Position numbers and translations under genes: made by a program. Under the pieces are notes generated by a model, which saw only the letters and a list, made by a program, of their open reading frames with translations, was not told where the DNA came from and did no database searches. Source: Macrostomum hystrix (Eukaryota > Animalia > Platyhelminthes). Taken from it: a stretch of 64,000 nt of DNA. The stretch's first letter is position 1. The number at the start of each line of letters is the position of its first letter. The DNA lies in assembly GCA_950097015.1 (NCBI GenBank), contig CATNEN010000028.1, positions 558,001 through 622,000 on the forward strand, given 5' to 3'. This document shows positions 35,587 through 47,800 of this stretch, piece after piece.

Positions 35587-36148
35587 AAAACCATAAACAA
35601 AGACCTCGACGATTAGATCTCAACAGTCTTTGTGACGCAAAGAACTATGGGTGCATGCTTGAGACGAATACCGTTTTGCTCTGAATGCTGTATAATATGC
35701 TAGATGCAGATTTGTGAAAAATTTCCTTCACAAGTCCAAGTGTAAATCGATCAGGTGAAACTAAAACGATCTCGAATTGACCCTCGCCGTCCCTGGTGTT
35801 CCGCACTGTGCTTTATTGTTTCATTGTTGTTAATAAACTGTAATAGTTACTCACTTTCAATAAAGATTTCTTTAAAGTCTTCAAAAATTTTTCCACAAAA
35901 ATGCACATAAAAAAATGAATCATCTATTCAACTGCTCGATAAGACAATGTACAGGTAAATAATTTCAGCAAATATTGTTTTCGTTGCCAGAAGTTTTAAA
36001 TATATTTTTACCATTGAAGTTCAGCAATGGTGAAAATAACACAAAAAGGATTCGTTTAGAAAAATATTCATTTATTATGACTTAGAGGACTAGAAGTGCG
36101 AGCCATGAAGATGACATTAGCTATTGACCAAATATTATATATATATTT

Positions 36149-36180
<32 letters not shown>

Positions 36181-37171
36181 ACCAATGTAACCATTGGTAT
36201 TAAAGGAGATAAAAAATGATATAAAAATATTAACTTCCGGTTTAGTACTTGCGTAAAATAAAAAATCACAGCTAGAATGTGCGTTATAACTAACAAAGCC
36301 GAAGATCAGTTAAAATATGGAAATTTGGTCGTGTGGCCCTGTGGACTATACTTAAGAATTCATCTCACTGTGGAATGGGTGCCTGTTACTGTTGCACAAA
36401 AAACGTGCTCAGCAGACCCAAAAAATAAAGAGACTAGTCAAAAACTCCCAAGAAAAAAAGTAGTATAAAAATTATACAAAATTCGTAGGTAGCGTCGCTT
36501 AGGGAAGATAGGACAAAAGTCGCCGAGGTTTCGCCGCCACGGAGATGTGAGGATTTTACCCCGAGGCAATCCCGAAAAGAAACAGGCAACACTCGGTCTT
36601 AACCCTGCAGCTCTTGCAGTTCTGATATATTTTACACATTTGATCAACTACGGCCCGCAGTCTGTAGTGACGTAGCACGTAGAGCCCTTCCTTAGAGAGA
36701 AACAACCCCAGTTTCCTTAGGTGAGCACGGCGGACCACGTCACTTTCTGAACCTTGGCCACCTGACTATTTACCACCGGAGAGCTTACCACTCCGCAGAG
36801 GATCTGAGAGCGGTAAAGGTCGGTAAAGGTTCCTCGTGAGTCAGAGGTGCGAAGGGATGAGGTGGCAGACAAGGGGGACCTAAAAGACCCGTCGCAAATA
36901 AATAGACGAAAAATAGACGCATGGGGTGGGCGCAAGGCTAAAGCAAAGAGTAAACCAATTAAAAAACAGCAGAAAGAAAGAAAAAGGCGGGGAGGGGTTA
37001 AGGCCAGCGCCTACCCCAGCCCGGCACACGGGCAAATCGAGGAAAGAGGGGGAGGGGTGGGGCGTGCCGAGAAAGAGGCTCATCCCTACCCCTAAGCCCA
37101 ATCACTCTAACCAAAACAAAGTGCAACTGCACTGGCGGGCCGAAGGCCCAAAAACAGTAATAGGAAATATA

Positions 37172-37327
37172 ATTAACATTAGGACTACAACAAGCCATTT
37201 CGCCGCCCGTTTTATACCAAGTGGGATTTTCCACCCCCTGAAAATTTTAGGCAGCGCCTGAATGCTAACAGCGTTGGGTGGTGACTGATTGGTTGACAGA
37301 CTAGGCGATGGTCTCCTGTGGTTGAGC
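37172..37327 (-). repeat. Dispersed repeat family B, copy 2 (just 3' of the GPCR stop codon)
   Basis: Reverse-complement match to 5169-5326. Confidence 0.85.
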
Positions 37328-37352
37328 GAATTGAAATTCCACGAATGGAAAC

Positions 37353-39563
37353 TCAGGCAGCTCCAGTCATTTCTTGCGGGTATTCACGAATCACCGATTC
37401 GGCTTGATGGCTGTGTCGAAGACGCAACTGCGCATGGTTGGCAGCGGTTAAAGGCTAAATTTAGTGCCGATCGACAACAAAATAACCTTTTATTAATTTC
37501 CGACTCACGATCAGTTCCGTTAGAGTCGCCTTCTTCCTCACCACAGGATTTAAAAAGAATAAGAAGAAATTCACTGTGCCTGAAATTAGAGGTTTAATAT
37601 ATAAATAAATTTCATTTGATTTAGTCAAGTGGAAGTAGCGCCACATAGCAAACTAACCAATCATTGGAACCGAAAGCGCGCTCAGAATGTATAGCGGAAA
37701 GCTAGGCTTATCCGGCGAAACAGCATTGTTAATTCGATTAGCAAACGGCAGCAGCTCCATGGCCAGGAAAATCATGGGATAAGCCAGCAGGGGATAAACC
37801 TGTTCCCGATGAACCTCGGCAGCTGAGGCAGCCAGATCGGCGACGGCGTCGACAGAAATTCCGATTCCAGACCGATCGACGTTGGTGGCAGTGGAGGCAG
37901 CGCCGATTCCAACGCCGTCGCGAGAGTCACGTCGGAGTCTAGCTAGGATAATGGCATAGGCCACCAGCATGGCCAATAGGAGAACGATGGCCGGCACAAA
38001 CCAGACGGCCATCCGCCAGGCGGTGTCTGTCACCCAGCACCAGGCGCCAGCTGGGCCATAGACCCCAGGCTGAGTCATAGGAAGAAGAGCCGGTAGTAGC
38101 GGGGCAGCAAAGCAGACGACCAAGTAGAGGCTGCGATTTGGAAACTGTGTACATCACTAACAAACTCAGTGGTGCATTGGGTGCACACGACAAGAGCATT
38201 ACTAAAAACTTTTTTCTTTTTGCAAACAAATACACTAATTACATGCACATCTATTCTATCTACTAAACCAACTTTTATTACTTATTAGTAATAAGTGTTC
38301 AATTTGTGAAGCATCAAAAGTCAAAAATATATTTAAAAATGCTTCTATAAAATACTTTATTGACATGGGCATGGCAGAAGCAATGCAAAAAACTCACATT
38401 TCAAATCTATCAGTGATAGTTGACTTAACAGTGTAGAAGAATAGATAAACTGTAATTGCTGCAACCCAAAGTAGAACATTCCATTCTGAAATATTAATAT
38501 TTAAATCAAATAGCAATAATGATACATTTTATTATAAACAGAGAGATTTTCATTTAGCCATGTACTAATATATAACTTAAGAAAAAAATACAAATCAGTA
38601 ATTTCTAGTCATAAATTTACCTGAATAAGTAAGCCAAATTGCTTCAAAGATACAAATTGGACTGTTTTCCTTTGGCTCTCCCTGAAGCAAATTTTATATG
38701 AAAGTAGAATAAATATTTAGCTTGTATAAAACAACAAATAAAACATTTGTAATTGTTTAAACAAAAAGTAGACATGGGATAAGCCAATAAGGGATAAACC
38801 AAATTCCAATTCTAGACCCAACAAAACTATCCACAACTTGGCCACAAATTAAACCTAACCTCTTTTAATTTGTAAAGATTTATGACTACTTTTCCTTTAA
38901 TTAGTTACTAAGATATGCTAACATTAAACATAGCTAGTTTACAAAGTAGCAGTTTCAGTACTAGCAAAATCAATTATAAAAAGTTAGAAACTTACCAATA
39001 GGTAGACAATGCAATCTAGAAATATAGCAATTGTTGTGTATGTGATCAGGCGATAAGAAAATTTCTGGTAGAACTTGAAGATATAGATAATAAACAGAAG
39101 TAGGACACTGAAAAAAAAGACAAAAATGCATACACATAATAATGACATACTAGGTACACATATAGACTCACTTAAAATTGTGTTTAGCAGATATAAAAAA
39201 TTACCTTGCAAGCACAGATAATGTGGCAGTTATCCTTTTGATGAAAATTATTGCTGACTGAAATGTGAAATGTAGAAGTGTGCTAACACAGAATGCATAC
39301 AAAAAAAAATATAAGAGGAATCCCTTTATTTTGAAAGTAATTTTAGTAAATTGATTTGATAGATCATACTTTTATCATCATCTTTCAATTTTCAATTACA
39401 AAAAGTTTGCTTATTCCTTGCTCGAGTTACATGAAATTGGGGAGAAAATTATAAAACAACATAATCGTCTATAAAATCGCGAAATGATGTCACAAAACCT
39501 TACACATTTGTCGGGTTCAGATGGAAAAAGCAGACATACTCCATGGTATGACGTATTCAACAT
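37353..39563 (-). CDS. 7-TM cAMP-receptor-like GPCR (Dictyostelium CAR/CrlA, GPR157-related), 8 exons, 330 aa
   Basis: Exons 39563-39504, 39257-39205, 39107-38996, 38681-38621, 38485-38398, 38130-37658, 37579-37509, 37427-37353. All GT-AG with consistent phases, summing to 993 nt. The protein has IKRITATLS, FSYRLITY, CIFEAIW, LLWVAAIT, YGPAGAWCW, YPLLAYP. Confidence 0.88.
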
Positions 39564-40053
39564 TTATTAATAAGTGATTCTAAGCGATTTAATTTATGGC
39601 GCAGTATTTTTTACTTATAAAAAATAAAACACAGTCGATTATTATTATTTAACCAGAAAACCAGACGAGATCGATATTCATGCTGCTGCGAATTGCTAAG
39701 CGATATAAAGTTATATGCTGTTTAACATATTGAGTACAAAAATATTTTCACACACACGCTTTACTTTAAATAAAAATTATAACAAAAGCACGAAATCTCC
39801 AGCAAAAAGTATACAAAGATTCTGGTGCCAAAATCTGTTTAAGAAAAACATGCAGGACAAATCAAATCGCCACATATTTTTTTGCTGTGAAACTTTGTTG
39901 TGAGCTATTATGGTTTTTTACGGATGCTCATGATGATGACTTATGATATTTAGAAAATAATAAAATCTAGAAAATTTTCTAGAAAACTAGAAAATATTTA
40001 GACTGTGACTAATCACAGTATTTTTAGCCTCTTTATTTTCAGCGTTTTGGCAG

Positions 40054-40205
40054 GTTCAGGATACAGTTTTTAATCGTTTAAAAATATCCAAGCTTTAGCA
40101 CGAAATAGTTCAGGATACAGTTTTTAATCGTTTAAAAATATCCAAGCTTTAGCTCGAAATAGTTCAGGATACAGTTTTTAATCGTTTAAAAATATCCAAG
40201 CTTTT
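40054..40205. repeat. 54-bp tandem repeat, about 2.8 copies
   Basis: GTTCAGGATACAG at 40054, 40108 and 40162. Confidence 0.9.
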
Positions 40206-43200
40206 CATAGACAGCTCAAATACGTTTTGCCAAACAAGCACTTTGGAGACATTTTCGTTAAAAATGTTTGATCTCATTGCTTCTTTGCTTTCGCACCACC
40301 TTTTGACGACACAGTGTTAAGGTTAAAGTGGCATTATCCTTGATCATAGTATTTTATTATTTTAACCGGAAATTCGCAAAGCGTTCATTGGTCCTAGAAT
40401 ATAATTTATAGCCTGGACTAAAATCTAATACTTTTAATCCCAACTCTACGAAACTACACGAAGCTCGATCGTCTCTGATTGTTTTAAGCGTGTGAAAAAG
40501 TATGAAGACAGCTACTAATCGATCTGTGCTAGCTTCTTCACCTGCTGTCAGTCTAGGTTCATTCAATGGGATAAATGCATTTGGTAAAAAACTCCAAAGC
40601 CGAGGACTCTCTAGAATATGACGGGGATCGCTGTATTGTGGCTCGCAGATGCTATATTATAGATGCTATTTAGATGTTACGAAGGTATCGGAGACGACTT
40701 GCATGAGGATGAGCTTGCAGGAGCAGTGAGCTTGAAATGAGATCTGGAGGGGCAAAAACAATCATGCATGCGTTGTATTGCACAAAGCGCGATTCAAGAG
40801 CTTTCCCTCATTCGTACTATATACGGCAGTGTCAGCCGCTGCTGCTGCTGCTGCTGCTGCACGTGCCCCAATCTCTTGCTTCTCAAACGACAGTAGCAAG
40901 CTGCAAACTGCAATATCATTAGAGAGGAAATTGTGCCATTTTTCGCCCTCCCCCCACTCACCCAACGGCTTTTGGAGCGAAGCGATGAGAGCTAGAGCTA
41001 GGCGATGATTTTTGCCTGCTTCACGGTAAAATCAAATTCAATTAAGTGCTTTTTTCAATTATCAGACACGATTTGAAGAGGTGGAATAAAGTTTCAAGTT
41101 CTATCCAACGGGCGTGCGCGTGTATGAAATCAGTTTGACATTTTTGATCCCGACATCGTGAAAGCACTCGATTAAAGACAATAAACATGACAACACAACA
41201 ATTCTCGCTAGTTTAATTAAAAAAGTGCCAGCCCGACAAGCCGTGGTTTAATTTTTTGTTGAGGAGGCTTCTGAGTGCTTCTGAGTCCAGGCACGGCAAT
41301 TTAATTGAATCTGATCCGATCAGCCCTCGGCGCATTAACACGACTAATTGAAATCTGCGAATTCTGACTTTTTCTAATATGAAGTCTCTGTTTGCTTTGG
41401 AGTCCGCATAGAGACTATTTCTTAACAGTAGAAAGACCACGCTCTGGGGAAAGACCATGGGAAGAAATTTCAAATACCTAACGCCTGCCTCACGATAACT
41501 CCCAAACCGAATGACCGATTTTCGGGGAAAGTCCAACATATGGTTATGGATCTAATTTTTCAAAGCCATCGGAGTCAGTATCGTCAAAAGATTCAGCGGT
41601 TCTTATCGCAGCGAATAACATCTTGTTTCAAAAGTAAAAAAAATAAACTCACTATAATCAATACAGTTATGGTCAACAATAATAACCGACATGTTTACAA
41701 GATGAAATTTTGTGAGCAAAGTTGGTATTTGAACTCCCCCGTTGTTTTTCTTCTGTTAATAAGTCTATGAAATAAACAAAATATATATGAGTAATTTAGC
41801 AAAATCGTTAGCGTCAATAAGGATCAGACTTCACTTCTAGCTACAACTGTCATATTGACGATATCCTATTGTATGATACCTAATCCCAAGCTATTATCTC
41901 TTTAGCCAATATCCCGTAACCAGTCAGGAGACGCCTATATGCCTATAAAATAAGTATAGTCACCCTTTACAACGTCACCTGTCATTGTTCAATCGTTTAT
42001 GCAGTACGATAGCGCATAATATTCTCGGATTGAATTAGTGTAAACCAACGATCTACTCACGCAACAGTGAACACAACGTCACCGATGCTACGCCTTTGTT
42101 ACAAAAAACTTCAAAGAGACATCTAGCCGATATTTTTTTGCTAGATCTCAGATTTGCCGAATAATATCAAACAGACAAATTGCTTTGATTTGATGTAATT
42201 CTTTAGTTATTACTAGGCGATTTCCTTGTATGGGCGTTTCACTACTCAATTTATCATTGGCATTCCAATTGGCAAACTGATTTCCATTAAATTTATTGCA
42301 GACTACACATACCCCTAGTTTGAAGGTACCTAGGCTTCATTCAGATACAGCATGCAGTGCTACCTTTGGATAAACTTAATCAAATAATGGCAGACAGACA
42401 GCCAATGCACGTCTCAAAAACTATAAAGGTGATCACCTGTTAGATAAGACATTGTGTTCTGTTCTCCTGTTAAACAATATTATTCAACTGTTAGATATTA
42501 TTTTCACCTGTTAGCATCTTTTAGTTCATAGTTAAGATTAATTAACTATTAGGTCTGATGTTATCATGCAATCCCATTTTGGATATGACAGAGTTCTTGA
42601 ATGATTTCGAGGAAGCAACGAAGCGTCTAAGAGAAAAACTGTTATTTGAAGGCATCTGGATTTCATCATTTCTGGAAAGAGTGTCAAAAAGCAGGAAGCC
42701 TCACTCTTCTTCAATATGCTGCTGCTGCTGTTGCTGCTGGATTCGGGACTTCGAAGGCGTCTCAATTCGCTGTGGGAATTCGATTGGCTGCTCCAACAAT
42801 CCCCATGCAACTACCCGCTCCCCCCCGCGTCAGTCTGCTCTCTACCTCGCTCAGTCTGTCTCGACTCAGCCCTCCGTCTCAAAGGCATTGTCTAGAGCCT
42901 GAATAGAGATCAGCGAGGAGAAGCCCCTCCGTCTCCTGAGGCTGGGACGGTCGGGTATGCCTTTTTGGGGCGGTTGGGGTGGGGCTGGATACTGGAGGAA
43001 ATCCCTATTTATGAGGCCTAAATATCAAACTGCCTGTTCTGAGCTGCTGCCGTGAGTATATCAGATACGAAACACAAAGAAGAATTCCCGGCCAATAATT
43101 CAAGAAGCTGGACAATTCGCATTGAAAATTTCTCGCCTCCCGCCTGTCGGCAAAGCAATCATTGAGGCGTACAAAAGTCACCCAAGCAGCAAAGGGCTCG

Positions 43201-43363
43201 GTCTATCAGGGATCGGTTTGAGAAGCCCTCGTTGTTTTGCCGTTTCTCTCACCTGGTTGATAAATATCCCATCGCTGCGATATCTGTCGCCGTTCATTCG
43301 ACCACCAAGCTGCCCGAGCTGTTCATCCTACGGCGACGTCTGAATAAGTGGATAGGTGAGACT

Positions 43364-43397
<34 letters not shown>

Positions 43398-44801
43398 TCT
43401 CTTATCTATCTATCTATCTATCTATCCATTTTGGCGAAAATGTGTTAATCCGAATAAAATTAACACCGCTACGAGCTATAATCGACCAACTCATAGCTCA
43501 ATGAGTAACTTAGCTACTGCGATTGTGCTAACTGTCTCCACGAGTCGCTGAGGATAATCGACCTATCTCTCTAAGCCAAACTTTCAAAGGCCTATTCGAC
43601 GCGATTCAGATGATTGCGGACTGATTGATTTTCCTTGTAAGATGAGCCGCTTCAGTTAGAAATAGGCAGGGAAATTTGAAGTGCCTCATACCCGTTGAAT
43701 AGACAGAATTGGAGAGTCAGGTAAATACACTCGGGCGGATAGCAGAACATATTTTGACTGAGAAAATGCACAGGATACGCTTAGTAAGCGTTCTAAACCT
43801 ATTAAGGTATGCGACCCATTGTGTACAATTTACAGGAGAAAGACCAAGGGGTAATTTCAAATTTCGCTTTTTCTGTATCTCCCAAAATATTCAACCAAAA
43901 GCCATGAAAATCCTGAACACGGTCTAACATTTTCCACTCTATCTGACCTTCCAGAATCACAGAACATCGGCATTCATTCGGCATTCAGTTTGGGAGCTAT
44001 CGTGAAATACGAGGCTGTGGGTATTTGAAAATCCACAACGTGATCTTTCTAATGTTAAGCGTTCCAACTTACAACATTCTTTAGGAAATATAAAATTCAA
44101 ACTTGCGAATTAGGCGAAAACGTAGCGAAATTGTAAAACGCTTGTGTAATAAATGTTCTAAAATGCCGAGACTAATCTTTGGGAAAAAGTTTTCTTTTTA
44201 AAATCTGGAATAGTATCAATGAAAATCGAACCCTTGTTAGTTGTAGTGTAGCGAATGCTTGTTCAGCGAAACCAGCGCAGATCTCTCTGAGCAAAGCTCT
44301 GCAGTCCCAGTTTTTCTTCCTGTGTCGTCAAATGAGGCCTCCTCGATCCAGTCGGGGCAGGAGGGAGAGCAGTGTGAGTCGGTGGTCGGTGGGCGGTTCT
44401 CAATTTTTTCTAATCGTAAAACAAAACCGACCCGCAAATTCGACTTGACTGCTATTTCAAGAGAGACAACTGCAAACTACGCAACAATATTTAGAAAGCA
44501 ACCAGCAAATTTATTAATTCACCGCACAGGGTGACTTCGGCGGCTCTGTAATAGGATTCCATTACTAGGCTTTTTTGTCTGAAAAAAAATAGACAAGTAT
44601 AGACCGACATTGGCCTCGAACTCCGCAGATCTCATAAAACAGGTATTGTTCACCTTCTAGAGGCAGCAGCAGCAGAAGAAGACGAACAGTTTCTGCGCAG
44701 CACTTGTTCACTCGGACTTTTATAAAGCGTCGAGTCGGCCGCATCAAAAAAGCATTCGGTTCTTCGCTACTTCCTTCCCAGACGCCAGGCTCGAGTCGCA
44801 G

Positions 44802-47800
44802 ATGCTCGCGTTCAGCAGTTCAGGCGGCCAGGCGGCGGCTGCTGCGGCAGCTGCTACCCAGAGGCAGCTGTTAGCCATGGTTCGTACGCCTCCAGCGTCA
44901 GAGTCACAATCGGGTCAGTCTCAGCAGCAACTGGCGCTCGCCACTGCCGGGCAGATGTCTATGCCGCCGCCTCCAGCGCCGAAGCTACTGGATTACGGAA
45001 TGGCTTCACCCGGCGAGGGCTTCGACCTGATGACTGGCCTGGACGCGGCGACTCTGTTCGCAATGTCCGCCGTGGCGACTCCGATGACAACGTCGGTAGC
45101 GGCTGCCGCGGCTGCGGCCGCTGCCGCAGCTTCAGCGGCTGCAGCTGCAGCCTCTTCGTCGTCCGCATCGGGGCATCAGTCCGCTCTTCCAGTGGGCTTC
45201 TACACTGAGTGAGTTTGGCCTCCTTAATTATTTTACCTGCTATGAATTCGCTTACCTTCATTGATAAGGTATCTTCTTCTCCCCCTCATCTTCTTCTCCC
45301 CCTCATCTTCTTCTCCCCCTCATCTTCTTCTCCCCTTCATCTTCTTCTCCCCTTGATCTTCTTCTCTCCCTCTTCTTATTCTCCCCCTCATCTTCTTCTC
45401 TCCTTCTTTTTCTTCTCTCCCTCATCTTTTTATCCATAGTTTTTTTCTTCACTCGTATTCTCCCCCTCCTCATATTCTCCTCCCCCTCATCATCTTCTGC
45501 CCTTCATCTTCTTCTCTCCATCATCCCTCATTCCTTACATGTAAAAATACAGGACAATCAAAGGAGCCAATATCTAAGCAAACATGTAAAAGTCCTTACT
45601 CAAAAACAAGTTAAACGTCTTTTCATTTATTTGGTCTAAATAGAATTATAAAATTTTGGATAAAATTTACGATTAATGAAGAAAACAAAATCTCGGCACG
45701 CTGCCCTGCACCTTTTTGCTAGTTATTTCCTCTCAACAAAGCTCGAATTTATCTGTGATTTACTGCTGCGCTGCCTGCGCAGTTTGTCCTTTTTCTGTCT
45801 CCCTCCACCATCCAGCCACCTCATTGTGCCCAGTTCGGCCTGGCGGTCTGGCCCACTCATTATCGGCAGCGAATGCGCAGATATCATCTGGGCTAGCGCT
45901 GCCCAGCAGGTGAATGTCTGTTATGTCTGGCTGTGTCTGTTTTGTGTGGCTGTGTCTGTTCTGTCTGGCTGTGTCTGTTCTGTCTGGCTGTGTCTGTTCT
46001 GTCTGGCTGTGTCTGTTCTGTCTGGCTGTGTCTGTTTTGTGTGGCCTGTGTCTGTTCTGTCTGGCTGTGTCTGTTCTGTCTGGCTGTGTCTGTTCTGTCT
46101 GGCTGTGTCTGTTCTGTCAAGCTGTGTCTGTTTTGTCTGGCTGTGTCTGTTTTGTGTGGCTGTGTCTGTTCTGTCTGGCTGTGTCTTTTCTGTGTGGCTG
46201 TATCTGTTCTGTCTGGCTCTGTCTGTTCTGTCTGGCTGTGTCTGTTTTGTCTGACTCTGTCTGTTATGTCTGGCTGTGTCTGTTCTGTCTGACTGTGTCT
46301 GTTCTGTCTGGCTGTGTCTGTTTTGTGTGGCTGTGTCTGTTTTGTCTGGCTGTGTCTGTTTTGTGTGGCCTGTGTCTGTTCTGTCTGGTTGTGTCTGTTC
46401 TGTCAAGCTGTGTCTGTTCTGTCTGGCTGTGTCTGTTTTGTGTGGCTGTGTCTGTTTTGTGTGGCTGTGTCTGTTCTGTCTGACTGTGTCTGTTCTGTCT
46501 GGCTGTGTCTGTTTTGTGTGGCTGTGTCTGTTTTGTGTGGCTGTGTCTGTTCTGTCTGGCTGTGTCTGTTCTGTCTGGCTGTGTCTGTTTTGTGTGGCTG
46601 TGTCTGTTTTGTGTGGCTGTGTCTGTTTTGTGTGACTGTGTCTGTTTTGTGTGGCTGTGTCTGTTCTGTCTGGCTGTGTCTGTTCTGTCAAGCTGTGTCT
46701 GTTCTGTCTGGTTGTGTCTGTTCTGTCAAGCTGTGTCTGTTCTGTCTGGCTGTGTCTGTTTTGTGTGGCTGTGTCTGTTTTGTGTGGCTGTGTCTGTTTT
46801 GTGTGGCTGTGTCTGTTTTGTGTGACTGTGTCTGTTTTGTGTGGCTGTGTCTGTTCTGTCTGGCTGTGTCTGTTCTGTCAAGCTGTGTCTGTTCTGTCTG
46901 GCTGTGTCTGTTTTGTGTGGCTGTGTCTGTTCTGTCTGGCTGTGTCTGTTTTGTGTGGCCTGTGTCTGTTCTGTCTGGCTGTGTCTGTTCTGTCAAGCTG
47001 TGTCTGTTCTGTCTGGCTGTGTCTGTTCTGTGTGGCTGTGTCTGTTCTGTCTGGCTTTGTCTGTTCTGTCTGGCTGTGTCTGTTTTGTGTGGCTGTGTCT
47101 GTTTTGTGTGGCTGTGTCTGTTTTGTGTGGCTGTGTCTGTTTTGTGTGGCTGTGTCTGTTTTGTGTGGCTGTGTCTGTTTTGTGTGGCTGTGTCTGTTTT
47201 GTGTGGCTGTGTCTGTTTTGTGTGGCTGTGTCTGTTCTGTCTGGCTGTGTCTGTTTTGTGTGGCCTGTGTCTGTTTTGTGTGGCCTGTGTCTGTTCTGTC
47301 TGGTTGTCTCTGTTCTGTCAAGCTGTGTCTGTTCTGTCTGGCTGTGTCTGTTTTGTGTGGCTGTGTCTGTTCTGTCTGGCTGTGTCTGTTCTGTCTGGCT
47401 GTGTCTGTTCTGTGTGGCTGTGTCTGTTCTGTCTGGCTTTGTCTGTTCTGTCTGGCTGTGTCTGTTTTGTGTGGCTGTGTCTGTTTTGTGTGGCTGTGTC
47501 TGTTTTGTGTGGCTGTGTCTGTTTTGTGTGGCTGTGTCTGTTTTGTGTGGCTGTGTCTGTTTTGTGTGGCTGTGTCTGTTTTGTGTGGCTGTGTCTGTTC
47601 TGTCTGGCTGTGTCTGTTTTGTGTGGCCTGTGTCTGTTCTGTCTGGTTGTGTCTGTTCTGTCAAGCTGTGTCTGTTCTGTCTGGCTGTGTCTGTTTTGTG
47701 TGGCCTGTGTCTGTTCTGTCTGGCTGTGTCTGTTTTGTGTGGCTGTGTCTGTTTTGTGTGGCTGTATCTGTTCTGTCTGGCTGTGTCTGTTCTGTATGGC

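Noticed and set aside
36500-37110. Possible LTR with a polypurine tract
   Set aside because: No second copy, TG..CA ends or primer-binding site could be identified in the window.
42538-42906. Overlapping 86-114 aa ORFs with poly-Cys or poly-Ala
   Set aside because: Driven by a (GCT)n microsatellite; all frames close by 42906 and no family is recognisable.
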